From Myxococcota bacterium (GTDB taxonomy: Bacteria; Myxococcota_A; UBA9160; PR03): a stretch of 64,000 nucleotides of DNA. The notes beneath the pieces are model-generated. The model was not told the origin of the DNA. It did not search any database and saw only the letters and a program-made list of their open reading frames with translations. The DNA is taken from NCBI GenBank assembly GCA_041611735.1, contig JBFIML010000011.1:1-64000 (forward strand), given 5' to 3'. How positions within the stretch are numbered: position 1 is the stretch's first letter; the number at the start of each line of letters is the position of its first letter. Shown here one piece after another: positions 39,354-48,774 of this stretch. Made by a program: the position numbers and the translations under genes.

Positions 39354-40646
39354 ATGGCCCGCTGCATCGGCTTGCTGCTCTGCTGCGGCCTCCTCGCCGG
39401 ACCCGCCGCCGCCGTCTCCAACCGCGAGGGGGAGGTGGAGATCCTGGGCGGGGTTGCCTTCACCCACCACTTCGTCCCGGCGGGGGGCACCGACTGGCAC
39501 TACGTGGAGGCCGGACCCCCCGACGGTGAGCCCGTCGTCTTCGTGGCGGGTCTCCCGGAGTCCTGGTTCTCCTTCCACCCGCAGCTCGTGGATCTGGCGC
39601 CCGCCTACCGGGTGATCGGCCTCGACCTCTTCGGCCAGAGCGTGCGCCCGCTGGGCGCTTCGTTTGCCCCCCGCGACCTGGCCGCCGCCCTGGTGGCCTT
39701 CGCCGACGCCATCGGGCTGCACCACTTCAATCTGGTGACCCACGACTGGGGCAGCATCGTGGGCCACCGGGTGGCGGGCTTCCATCCGGATCGGGTGCGG
39801 CGCTACGCGCGCATGGAGCTCATCGTGCACCTGAGTGATCCCTCGCTCTCGCCCCAGGTCTTCCTGTTCCAGAACCCGGCTCTCGTGCAGGCGCTGCTCG
39901 GCAATCCGGGGCTCTTCGCCTTCGTCCCCATGATCTACGCCAACCTGACCGTGCAGCCCCTCGATCCGCCCCTGCTGGCGCGCATCGTGGACGAATGGAA
40001 CCAGCCGGCGCTGCCGGGCATGGTGAACCGCCTCTTCGTGGACAGCTTCCAGGGCGCCACGCCGGAGGGCCTGCTGGCCTTCCTGGGCGAGAACATCGAA
40101 GCCGCCGCCCGCATGGACATGCCGGTCCTGCTGATCCAGGCAGACGCGGATCCCAGCCAGCCGCTCTGCCTCTTCGACGGCTCGCCGGGGCCCGTGCCCG
40201 TCTGCACCGGCAGCCAGCCCACCGCCGTCTCCCAGTTCTCGAACGCGCCCTTCGTGGCGCTCCAGGTGATCCCCGGCTCCGGGCACTTCACGCCGCTCGA
40301 GCAGCCGGAGCCGGTGAGCGCCGCCATCCGACGCCTGCTGGCGGTGCGGCCCCCGGCGACGCTCCGGTCGGTGCAGGCCTTCTTCGACGCCGCGGTGGCC
40401 GAGGGCCACCTGGTGGGCGCCGGGCCCGGCCGCTCGGGGCCCGGGCGGCTCGGGGCCCTGCGCGCCCGCCTCGAGGCGGCCCGGCGTCTCCTCGAGGCCG
40501 GCCGCGCGGCCGCCGCCTGTGGCCCGCTGCGCTCGGTCTGGCTGCGAAGCGATGGCGCGTCAGCGCCGCCGGACTTCGTCGCCGGGAGCGCCGCGGACGA
40601 TCTCGCTCGCCGGCTCGAGGATCTGCGGGTCGGCCTCGGCTGCTGA
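39354..40646 (+). CDS. Secreted epoxide hydrolase-like alpha/beta hydrolase with an extra C-terminal helical domain
   Basis: Signal peptide, AGLPESW, HDWG (Asp nucleophile), GHFTPLEQP; about 95-aa appendage ending GLGC. Confidence 0.82.
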   Translation: MARCIGLLLCCGLLAGPAAAVSNREGEVEILGGVAFTHHFVPAGGTDWHYVEAGPPDGEPVVFVAGLPESWFSFHPQLVDLAPAYRVIGLDLFGQSVRPLGASFAPRDLAAALVAFADAIGLHHFNLVTHDWGSIVGHRVAGFHPDRVRRYARMELIVHLSDPSLSPQVFLFQNPALVQALLGNPGLFAFVPMIYANLTVQPLDPPLLARIVDEWNQPALPGMVNRLFVDSFQGATPEGLLAFLGENIEAAARMDMPVLLIQADADPSQPLCLFDGSPGPVPVCTGSQPTAVSQFSNAPFVALQVIPGSGHFTPLEQPEPVSAAIRRLLAVRPPATLRSVQAFFDAAVAEGHLVGAGPGRSGPGRLGALRARLEAARRLLEAGRAAAACGPLRSVWLRSDGASAPPDFVAGSAADDLARRLEDLRVGLGC

Positions 40647-40680
40647 AGCTTTCCGCCCGGCGCCCGGCGTCGGGCCGCCG

Positions 40681-42288
40681 CTAGCGTGGGACGGTCCGGA
40701 TCGCGTCGCAGCCCTGGAAGGGCGTCCCGTCGAAGCGCTCGCCGTCGAGGCACGCTTCCGGGTCGCCGGGCGCGATCCCCGTCTCCCGCACCCGGAAGTG
40801 CGCGATGAGATCCAGCCGGCCATCGCCGTTCACGTCGTGGCGGCGGGCGGAGGCGGCCCGGGCGGGAGCGGCCCGCGCCGGCCCGAAGCCGAGGGTCGCG
40901 GCATCCACGCTGCCCACGTCCAGGGCCTGCGAGCCGAGCAGCGCCACCGGGACCACCCCGCCCGAGGCGGGGTGGATGGGATTCCCGTCGCTGCCCGGGC
41001 GCACGTCGATGGCCACCTCGAGCACCGCGGGCGCGAGCTGCGGCTGGAGCACGAGGAGGCCCAGGAAGAGGTCGCTCACCACGCTGAGGCCGCTGCCGAA
41101 GAACGGATACACGCCCCACAGGCCGCCCCGGGTAATGGGGACGTCCGTGTCCGGCGCGCTGTCGAAGAAGGCCACCTCCAGGAGCTCCGCCCGGGCCAGG
41201 TCGCCCAGGCGAAAAATGCGCAGCCCCGCGGTGTAGTTGGCCTCGAAGACGTGCTCGCCCACCACGTAGAGGTTGTGGTCGATGGCCGGGGAGGGCGCCG
41301 TGTGGGCCCCCACGAAGCGCGGGGCGTCGAGATCGCCCACGTCGAAGACGTAGGTGCGCGTGCCGTGGCCGAAGCGGACCTCGTCGCCCTCGTCGCCCAG
41401 CAGGAAGAAGGCCCCGTCCTGCGTGAGCCAGCCCTGGTGGGCGTAGGCCGCGCCTGGATAGGGAGTGCGGCTGAGCAGCCGCGGAGCGGCCTTGTCGGTC
41501 ACGTCCACGATCGTGAGCGTGTTGTCCAGGAAGGGACGCGAGCGCGGGTTCGCGTTGAAGCAGAGCTCGCGGCCCCGGTGCTCCGCGTCCGGGCCATCGT
41601 AGACCCGGCACTGGGCGTCGTGGGTGTAACCCGCCTCGGCGAAGCAGCCGGCGAAGACGGGCTGCGCGGGGTCCGAGACGTCCAGCATGTGGAGCCCGCC
41701 CGCGCAGGTGTCGGAGCCCAGCACGTAGAGGAAGCCCGTGTCGGGGTTCACGGCCAGGTTGTGGGCGTGCCCGAAGCCCGTGTAGTGGCGGGTCGGCGCG
41801 AAGGTCGTGGGCGGGTCCGGGACGTCACGCAGCTGGCGCAGGTCGAAGACGTGGAGACCGTGGTCGCCGGCCTCGTCCTTCACCACGTAGGCGTGGTCGG
41901 CGAAGACCTTGATGTCGGCCCAGAAGGAGAGGGTGGTGGCGGTGGGGAGGATCCCCACCAGCAGGGGATCGGCCGGGTCGACCAGCGAGACGAAGGCCAC
42001 CCCGTCCTGGATCCCCACGAGAGCGTACTCGACGCCCGTGGCGGGATCCGTCCAGCCCCAGATGTCGTTGGCGACGTTGGGCATGCGCAGCCAGCCCACG
42101 AGGTCCACGTTCGAGCAGGGGAAGGCGATGCCCGGCGCCTCGGCCAGGCCGTCCACGCAGGGGGCCAGCGGGGCGCCCGCCGTCGCCGCGGCATGGCCCG
42201 GCCTCACGAGCAGGGCCAGGGCGAGCACCAGTCCGGCCAGGGCGGGCCCCGGGGCGCTTCGCGTCGGACGGGGGCGCGCGGCGGCCAC
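40681..42288 (-). CDS. Choice-of-anchor B family secreted protein
   Basis: FPCSNVDL, NDIWGW, WADIKV, AHNL, YTHDAQC, HQGWLT, IDHNLY, NYTAGLR, WGVYPF. Confidence 0.85.
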   Translation of the reverse strand: MAAARPRPTRSAPGPALAGLVLALALLVRPGHAAATAGAPLAPCVDGLAEAPGIAFPCSNVDLVGWLRMPNVANDIWGWTDPATGVEYALVGIQDGVAFVSLVDPADPLLVGILPTATTLSFWADIKVFADHAYVVKDEAGDHGLHVFDLRQLRDVPDPPTTFAPTRHYTGFGHAHNLAVNPDTGFLYVLGSDTCAGGLHMLDVSDPAQPVFAGCFAEAGYTHDAQCRVYDGPDAEHRGRELCFNANPRSRPFLDNTLTIVDVTDKAAPRLLSRTPYPGAAYAHQGWLTQDGAFFLLGDEGDEVRFGHGTRTYVFDVGDLDAPRFVGAHTAPSPAIDHNLYVVGEHVFEANYTAGLRIFRLGDLARAELLEVAFFDSAPDTDVPITRGGLWGVYPFFGSGLSVVSDLFLGLLVLQPQLAPAVLEVAIDVRPGSDGNPIHPASGGVVPVALLGSQALDVGSVDAATLGFGPARAAPARAASARRHDVNGDGRLDLIAHFRVRETGIAPGDPEACLDGERFDGTPFQGCDAIRTVPR

Positions 42289-42344
42289 CGGCGCAGCTTG
42301 CCATGCGGCGCACGGGCGCGTCTACGTCCGCGGCCCGCGAGGCG

Positions 42345-42920
42345 TCAGAGCGGGGCCAGCCCGGCTTGCGGATCCACCAGGCGATAGCGGCGCCCGCAGG
42401 CGCAGGCCAGGTCCGCCGCCAGGCGTCCGCCGCAGGCGCAGATCCAGCCGATGCGCCGGGCCGGGTTCCCGGCCACCACCGCATGGGCCGGAACGTCCCG
42501 GGTCACCACGCTCCCGGCGCCCACCAGCGCGCCCTCCCGGACCACGATGCCGCACACCAGGGTCGCGTGGGCGCCGATGGAGGCCCCGCGCTTCACATGG
42601 GTGGCCAGGAAGCGGTCCGGCGGATTCTTGAAGGGCCCGGAGCGGGGCACCCGGTCGTTGGTGAAGACCATGCCGGGCCCCAGGAAGACGTCGTCCTCCA
42701 CCACCACCTTGTCGTAGATCTGGACCCCGTTCTTGACGGTGACGCGGTCGCCCAGGCGGGCGCCGCTCTCCACGAAGGCGTGATCGCCGATGTTGCAGTC
42801 GGCGCCCAACACCGCGTCCTTCATCACGTGGGCGAAGGCCCAGATGCGCGTCCCGGCGCCGACACGCTCGGACTCGCACAGCGCCTGCGCGTGCACGAAG
42901 ACGTTGCGTTGGGCCGCCAT
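42345..42920 (-). CDS. Hexapeptide-repeat N-acetyltransferase (WbpD/WlbB-like)
   Basis: GTRIWAFAHV, CNIGDH, VFTND..PRS, GNPAR.IGW.C.CG, Cys-rich tail. Confidence 0.9.
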   Translation of the reverse strand: MAAQRNVFVHAQALCESERVGAGTRIWAFAHVMKDAVLGADCNIGDHAFVESGARLGDRVTVKNGVQIYDKVVVEDDVFLGPGMVFTNDRVPRSGPFKNPPDRFLATHVKRGASIGAHATLVCGIVVREGALVGAGSVVTRDVPAHAVVAGNPARRIGWICACGGRLAADLACACGRRYRLVDPQAGLAPL

Positions 42921-44027
42921 TCAGCGCAGCGCCCGGCCCAGGACGTCGGCCACGCGCTCCTGTTGCGCGGCCGAGATGCCGGGGAAGAGCGGCAGTGAGA
43001 GCACCTCCCGGGCCGCCCGCTCCGCCTCCGGGAAGTCCCCGCGCCGGTGCCCGAGGGAGCCCAGGGCGCCCTGCAGGTGGAGCGGCGTCGGGTAGTGGAT
43101 GGCCGCTCCGATGCCGCCCTCCCGGAGCTGCTTCAGCACGCGGTCGCGCTGCGGGACGCGCACCACGTACAGGTGCCAGACCGGCTCGTTGCCCGCCAGA
43201 ACGACCGGGAGCTCGAGGTCCGGGAGGTCCACCAGGAGCGCAGCGTAGCGCGCTGCGGCGCGGCACCGTTCCTGGTTCCAGGCGGCCAGGTGCCGGAGCT
43301 TGGCCCGCAGCACCACCGCCTGCAGGCTGTCGAGGCGCGAGTTGAAGCCGGCCAGGGGATGGTGGTTGCGGACGTCGCTGCCGTAGTTGCGCAGCTGCCG
43401 CGCCCGCTCGGCCAGGCCGGCGTCGTCGCTGAGGATCGCCCCGGCGTCGCCGTAGGCGCCCAGGTTCTTGCTCGGATAGAAGCTCGTGCCGGCGGCGAGG
43501 CCGACGGAGCCCGCGCAGCGGCCGTGGCGGCGCGCCCCCTGGGACTGGGCCGCGTCCTCCAGCAGGGCGACGCCCGCCGCCCGGGTCAGGGGCTCCAGGG
43601 CCTCGAGCGGCGCCATCTGCCCGTACAGGTGGACGGCGATCACCGCCCGGGTGCGGGGCCCGATGCGGTCCGCCACCTGCGCCACGTCGAGCAGATGGGT
43701 CTGCGGGTCCTGGTCCACCAGCAGCGGCCGGGCTCCGGCCCGCAGCACCGCCAGCGCGGTGGCCACGAAGGTGTTGGCCGGCAGGATCACCTCCTGGCCC
43801 GGGCCCACGTCGAGGGCGCGCAGGATGAGCTCCAGGGCGTCGGTCCCGTTGGCCACGCCGACGCAGTGGCCCACCTGGCAGAAGCGCGCGAACTCCCGCT
43901 CGAACTCCGCCACCGGGGGGCCCAGCACGAAGGCCTGGTCCGCGTAGAGCGCCGCCAGGCCCTGCTCCAGATCGGCGGCGATGGCCCGGTGCTGGAAGTG
44001 CAGGTCCACCAGGGGGATCGACGTCAC
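42921..44027 (-). CDS. DegT/DnrJ/EryC1/StrS aminotransferase
   Basis: IPLVDL, NGTDAL, VHLYGQ, EDAAQ, SFYPSKNLGAYGD, NSRLD. Confidence 0.95.
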   Translation of the reverse strand: MTSIPLVDLHFQHRAIAADLEQGLAALYADQAFVLGPPVAEFEREFARFCQVGHCVGVANGTDALELILRALDVGPGQEVILPANTFVATALAVLRAGARPLLVDQDPQTHLLDVAQVADRIGPRTRAVIAVHLYGQMAPLEALEPLTRAAGVALLEDAAQSQGARRHGRCAGSVGLAAGTSFYPSKNLGAYGDAGAILSDDAGLAERARQLRNYGSDVRNHHPLAGFNSRLDSLQAVVLRAKLRHLAAWNQERCRAAARYAALLVDLPDLELPVVLAGNEPVWHLYVVRVPQRDRVLKQLREGGIGAAIHYPTPLHLQGALGSLGHRRGDFPEAERAAREVLSLPLFPGISAAQQERVADVLGRALR

Positions 44028-45049
44028 GGGGCCACGGGCTCCTCGCGGCCGCCGTGGCCCATGGAGCGCGCGATCGCCTCCAGGGCGCGCACGACGGCCA
44101 GCCCCTCCGGGCCGCCCGTGAGCGGCGTCCTCCCCGAGCGGATGCACGCCAGGAAGTGCTCGCACTGCGTCCGCAGCGGCTCCACCATCTCGATGCGCGG
44201 GATCGTGATGTTGCCCTCCCGCACGCTCATGCGGAACGAGGCGAAGCTGTCCACGAACTCGCTGAGCGTGCGGTCCTCGGCCACCTGCTTGTCGTAGACG
44301 CGGACCGGCTCGGTCAAGTTGGTGTCGTCGAAGGTCAGCATGTGCTTCTCGCCCACCAGCGTGATGTGCCGGGACTTGCGCGGGTTGAGCCAGGAGGCAT
44401 GGAGGTGGACCAGCAGCTGGTTCGGGTAGCGCAGCGTGGCGAACACGGCGTCCTCGATGCCGGAGTTGATCCAGGCGCCCCCGACCGCCGTGACCGCCAG
44501 GGGCTCCGCCTCGAGCCACCAGTTGGCCAGCGCGATGTCGTGGGAGGCCAGGTCCCAGGCGGAGTTCACATCGAAGCGGATCGGGCCCAGGTTGGTGCGG
44601 ACCATGGAGACGTAGTAGACGCGCCCGAGCTCTCCCCGGTCCAGGAAGCGCTTTACCCAACGGGCCGCGGCGTTGTAGACGAAGACGTGGCCGACCATGA
44701 GGATGCGCTGGGCCCGCGCGGCGAGGCGGGTGAGCTCCTCGGCCGTGGCGACCCGGTCCGTGAGCGGCTTCTCCACCAGCACGTGCTTGCCCGCCTCGAG
44801 GGCGGCCCGGGCGAGCTCGTAGTGGCTGCTGGTGGGGGTGGCGACCACGACCGCGTCCACGTCGGGGGCTGCCAGCACCGGGCCGAGGTCGGGCGCGGTG
44901 CCCACCTCCGGCAGGCGCCGGTGCACCTGCTCCAGGCGCTCCGGGTCGCGGTCCACGACCCAGGTCACAAGGCTGTCCTGCCGGTTGTGGAAGCTCCCGA
45001 TCAGGTTCGGCCCCCAGCGGCCGGCGCCCACCACGGCGATGCGGATCAT
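44024..45049 (-). CDS. Gfo/Idh/MocA oxidoreductase (WbpB/WlbA-like)
   Basis: GAGRWG, HVLVEKP, MVGH, DLASHD, SWLNP.K.R. Confidence 0.92.
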   Translation of the reverse strand: MIRIAVVGAGRWGPNLIGSFHNRQDSLVTWVVDRDPERLEQVHRRLPEVGTAPDLGPVLAAPDVDAVVVATPTSSHYELARAALEAGKHVLVEKPLTDRVATAEELTRLAARAQRILMVGHVFVYNAAARWVKRFLDRGELGRVYYVSMVRTNLGPIRFDVNSAWDLASHDIALANWWLEAEPLAVTAVGGAWINSGIEDAVFATLRYPNQLLVHLHASWLNPRKSRHITLVGEKHMLTFDDTNLTEPVRVYDKQVAEDRTLSEFVDSFASFRMSVREGNITIPRIEMVEPLRTQCEHFLACIRSGRTPLTGGPEGLAVVRALEAIARSMGHGGREEPVAP

Positions 45050-45056
45050 GGCAGCC

Positions 45057-45779
45057 TCACGTGCGCCGGTGCAGGCCCAGGTAGACCAGCGGCCTCAGGA
45101 TCGACCACCAGCCGCTCACGGCCTTCATCTTGGTCTGCCCCAGGTGCCGGGGTGGGTAGATCTTGGTGACCGGCACCTCCGTGGTGCGGTAGCCCAGGCG
45201 GATCGCACGCAGGTAGAGGTACGGCTCGAGCTCGTACTGGTCGAGCCAGGGCTGGTCCAGGTCGAGGCGCGGGTCCTCCAGGATGCGCCGGTGCAGGGCG
45301 CGGAAGCCGTTGGTGGACTCCGTGACCCGGCGCCCGGCCACCCAGGAGAAGATCCGGGCGTGCAGGCGCGTGGCCAGCCGCCGGTAGCGCGGCATGGGCC
45401 CGAAGTCCGGGTCCGACTTGAGGAAGCGGGAGCCCTGTACGAAGTCTGCCCGGCCCTCGGCAATGGGGTCGAGCAGCAGCGGAATCTCCTCCGGCGCATC
45501 CTTGTTGTTGCCCGCCAGGACCACGGCGACGTCGTGGCCGCCCTGGCGCGCCTCTGCGTAGCCCGTCCGCAGGGCGACCCCCACGCCGAGGGTGGCTCCC
45601 AGGGAGAGCACCCGGGCGCCGCCCTCGCGGGCGACTTGGGCGGTGGCGTCGGTCGAGCCGTCGTCCACGACCAGCACGTCGTCCACCAGCGGGCGGGGGA
45701 TGCGGCGCACCACCTCGCCGATCTTGCGCTCCTCGTCGTAGGCGGGAACGATGGCGATCACCGAGAGGCCGCGGTACAC
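45057..45779 (-). CDS. GT2 glycosyltransferase (polyprenol-phosphate/DPM1-like)
   Basis: IVPAYDEE, VVDDGSTD, GVGVALRTG, VQGSRF, TNGFRA, EVPV; the usual DxD position reads AGN; start uncertain. Confidence 0.88.
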   Translation of the reverse strand: MYRGLSVIAIVPAYDEERKIGEVVRRIPRPLVDDVLVVDDGSTDATAQVAREGGARVLSLGATLGVGVALRTGYAEARQGGHDVAVVLAGNNKDAPEEIPLLLDPIAEGRADFVQGSRFLKSDPDFGPMPRYRRLATRLHARIFSWVAGRRVTESTNGFRALHRRILEDPRLDLDQPWLDQYELEPYLYLRAIRLGYRTTEVPVTKIYPPRHLGQTKMKAVSGWWSILRPLVYLGLHRRT

Positions 45780-45924
45780 GAGCTGCTTTCCCCGCACGCA
45801 GAAGCCCCGCGAAGCATAGCTGCGACCCCGATCCGCGCCGGCGCAGAGCCAGGCGCGGCGCTGCGGCTCCGACACCCAGACCACCTCGTCGTCCGGACTC
45901 GCCGAGGGGGGCGACCAGAGCGGC

Positions 45925-46258
45925 ACGAGTCGACCCGGCCCGCACCGACTCCAGGTAGGAGCGGAGCCCCAGGGGCAGGCCGAGCCCGTAGAGGGAGACC
46001 CGCAGCTTCTCCGCCAGCGCGGCGCGGTGACGCGGGAAAGCGCCGCCAGCAGCCGCTGGGTGAGCCAGTTGGGGCTCGGAACCGAGTGGGGGATGTAGTA
46101 CTCTGGGACCCGCTCCTTGGCGTCGTACTGCCACCCGGTGACGGCGTTGGCGAGATGGATCGGCCCCTCCCGGAACGGCAGGTAGGGGAAGATCCCGAGC
46201 GGCAGCAGGAACAGGTTGAGTAGGAGCGCGAAGGCGACTTGCTCCGATCCCCTCCCAT
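45925..46258 (-). pseudogene. Frameshifted N-terminal remnant of a polytopic membrane (GT-C-like) protein
   Basis: AAGGAGG RBS and ATG 46258; shifted frame LFLLPLGIFPYLPFREGPIHLANA...YY...PNWL; second shift near 46020 to AEKLRVSLYGLGLPLG. Confidence 0.6.
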
Positions 46259-46303
46259 GAGCCCTCCTTGTCTCCGCCCCCGCCGGCGTGGAGCCGCGCC
46301 GCG

Positions 46304-47167
46304 ATGACGCCGGAAGTGTGGATGCTGGGGATCTTCGGCCTGCTAGCCGTGGCCTTCCTGGCCATGGAGCGGCTCTTCGCGGCCCACCCGCAGCCCGTCT
46401 TCCGGACCGGCTTCGGGGCCGACCTGATCTACGCCCCCTTGAACGTCCTGGCCCGCATCGTCTTCAACGGGACGATCGCCCTGGGCTACGCGCGTCTCGG
46501 GCACGCCCTGCTCCCGTCCGAGTGGGCGGGAGTCCTCAGTACCCGTCCCGTGTGGTTGCAGGCGCTGGTTCTGCTCGTCGTGCTGGACGTCCTGTTCTAC
46601 TTCATGCACCGCCTCAAGCACCGCTGGCACTGGTGGTGGCGGCTCCACGAGACCCACCACAGCTCCGTCGATCTCGACTTCTTCTCCAGCGTCCGCTTCC
46701 ACCCGCTGGAGAAGATCCTCGACCGCTCGATCTTCCTGACGCCCATCTTCGTCCTCGGCCCCTCGGACTGGACCATCGTGGTCTGGTCCTGCACGGACGC
46801 CTTCTTCGGCATGTTCATCCACGCCAACGTGACCTGGCGGATCGGTTGGCTCAAGTACGTGTTCGTGGGGCCCGAGATGCACCGCTGGCACCACGTGGCG
46901 GACCCGGCGCTGCGCGAGTGCAACTACGGCAACAACTTCTCGTTCTGCGACTGGATCTTCGGCACGGCCTACGTGAGTGAGCGCGATCCGGCCGGCTTCG
47001 GCCTCGAGGATGCCGCCTATCCGGCCGAGAGCTTCGCCCGGCAGTTCACCCACGCGTTCCGGCCGCGCGCGGAGCCAAGCAGGGAGGACTCCACGCGCCA
47101 TCCGCGGGCCGCCCCCACGGCGAGCCCACCCGCGCGCCGGGGGCCGCCGGAGGCGGTGCGCTCCTGA
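46304..47167 (+). CDS. Sterol desaturase / fatty acid hydroxylase family protein
   Basis: YFMHRLKH, LHETHHS, RFHPLE, FIHAN, HRWHH, NYG, DWIFGT. Confidence 0.9.
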   Translation: MTPEVWMLGIFGLLAVAFLAMERLFAAHPQPVFRTGFGADLIYAPLNVLARIVFNGTIALGYARLGHALLPSEWAGVLSTRPVWLQALVLLVVLDVLFYFMHRLKHRWHWWWRLHETHHSSVDLDFFSSVRFHPLEKILDRSIFLTPIFVLGPSDWTIVVWSCTDAFFGMFIHANVTWRIGWLKYVFVGPEMHRWHHVADPALRECNYGNNFSFCDWIFGTAYVSERDPAGFGLEDAAYPAESFARQFTHAFRPRAEPSREDSTRHPRAAPTASPPARRGPPEAVRS

Positions 47168-47202
47168 CCCGGGTTCCCCGACCGGGAGCCCAGGTCAGGT
47201 TC

Positions 47203-48702
47203 TTGGCGCTCCCCGTTCTGATCGGGCTGCTCGCCGCGCTGATGACCTGGGGCGCGAAGGTCTGTGAGACCCACTCCGCGGACTCGATCCTCCAGGTGCT
47301 GATCAGCCGCATCAAGTTGACGCCGTATTACTGGGGCCAGAACCGCCTGGGGAGCCTTCTGCCCTTCCTGGCCCACCCGATCTCCGACCTCGCCGCCAAC
47401 CTGCAGTTCCAGGTCTTCGTACGCGCCGCCAGCGCATTCTGCATCCCGCTGCTCGCGTTCTTCATGCTGGGGGTTCGCCGCGCACTGTTCGTCCACTTCG
47501 GTCTCGCGGTGGCCCTCATCTTCGTGTCCTACCGGCCCCTCGGTTTGCTGACGATCTTCCCTGTCAACCCCTATGGCCTGTCTGCGCTCCTGCTGCTGCT
47601 CGGTCTCGGCCTGCATGGGCGCGGCTGGCGGGGACCCCGAGCCGTCTTCTGCGCAGCCTGCCTCGGGGCGCTCGCGAGCTTCACGCTGGCGTTCTTCGTC
47701 AATCTCTCCGCGGGCGTATGGATGCTGCCGATCTACTTCCTGCTCGCGTGTGCCCAGGACCGTCGCCGGAACCTCGGAGTCGCGCTCCTCCTGCTTTTCG
47801 CCTTCGTCGCCGCCACGCTGCACTCCCGGATGCTCGGCCCCGGCTACTCGAGCTTCGAGTTCGCGTGGACCCACTACCTCTCCGTCTTCGATCAGTCGGA
47901 GCAGCTCGTCTGGTCGCGCTGGGTCCTGGTGGCGAAGCTCCTGGCGGTCCCGGCACTGCTCGTTCCTCGCGTGGCGCTGGGCTGGTACCGCGGGGAGCCC
48001 ATCGCCGACACGGAAGGCGGCCGCTTCGCGATCCGGGTGGCCTGCGTGTTCGCGGGGTGCCTGGTCTTCTTCCTCGTCGTCGTTCACGCGGAGTGGCTGC
48101 GCGTGAATCTGTTCTCCTTCCGCTACTTCATGCTCCCTGCCGCCATCATCGACTGCCTGCTCGTCGCCCAGCTGGTGGAGCTCCTGCTGGCGTTCGGCCC
48201 GTCGCGACCGCGCTGGCTCCCGGCCCCAAGCACCGGCGTGCTTGCCGCAAGCCTGGCCGTCGCTTGCGTCTACGCCGCAACCGGCCCGCCACGCACGGAT
48301 TGCGCTTTCCTGAAGCAGCATGCGGCGGCTGGAATCTTCGCGCGACAGGCGGTGCAGAGTGATGCACGCCTGGTGATCGGCGACTATTGGATCGTCTGGC
48401 CCACGGTCTTCCAGCTCGTCCGCGAGCTCGACGCGCACCGGGCTTTCCGGTCTTCCGAGGCCTTCGGGATCACCTACCGGGGAGACGTGATGGCCGAGCA
48501 GGTCTTCGCACGGATCGCTTCGGGCCCCGGGCAGCGCGCTCTCTGTATCGAGAACGACCTGGCGGGGTGCCGGGCACGGATGGCGCACTTCGCACGACGA
48601 AACGGGCAGCCGCCGCCGCTCGTCTCGTTCGAAGCCGAGGGTCGGCTCCCGGGAGCGGGGCGTTACCTGCTGCTGCGCGTGGAGGCGGCGACCCCCGGCT
48701 GA
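47203..48702 (+). CDS. Polytopic membrane protein, GT-C-like architecture
   Basis: About 11 hydrophobic segments; first loop ADS...TPYYWGQNRLG; RY motif; soluble C-domain with GDYWIVWP; start uncertain. Confidence 0.7.
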   Translation: MALPVLIGLLAALMTWGAKVCETHSADSILQVLISRIKLTPYYWGQNRLGSLLPFLAHPISDLAANLQFQVFVRAASAFCIPLLAFFMLGVRRALFVHFGLAVALIFVSYRPLGLLTIFPVNPYGLSALLLLLGLGLHGRGWRGPRAVFCAACLGALASFTLAFFVNLSAGVWMLPIYFLLACAQDRRRNLGVALLLLFAFVAATLHSRMLGPGYSSFEFAWTHYLSVFDQSEQLVWSRWVLVAKLLAVPALLVPRVALGWYRGEPIADTEGGRFAIRVACVFAGCLVFFLVVVHAEWLRVNLFSFRYFMLPAAIIDCLLVAQLVELLLAFGPSRPRWLPAPSTGVLAASLAVACVYAATGPPRTDCAFLKQHAAAGIFARQAVQSDARLVIGDYWIVWPTVFQLVRELDAHRAFRSSEAFGITYRGDVMAEQVFARIASGPGQRALCIENDLAGCRARMAHFARRNGQPPPLVSFEAEGRLPGAGRYLLLRVEAATPG

Positions 48703-48716
48703 CGGCAGGTTGCCGA

Positions 48717-48757
48717 GGGACCCCGACTTTCGAAGAGCTCGAGGGGACTCGGGTCCC
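48717..48757. terminator. Hairpin between convergent genes
   Basis: GGGACCCCGA ... TCGGGTCCC stem with one bulge; no U-tract. Confidence 0.35.
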
Positions 48758-48774
48758 GCGAGCGGGAGCCCCGG

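Noticed and set aside
48717-48757. GGGAC...GTCCC hairpin as a fourth copy of the palindromic element
   Set aside because: Only the terminal 5 bp match; the arm consensus and length do not, so it is kept only as a weak terminator candidate
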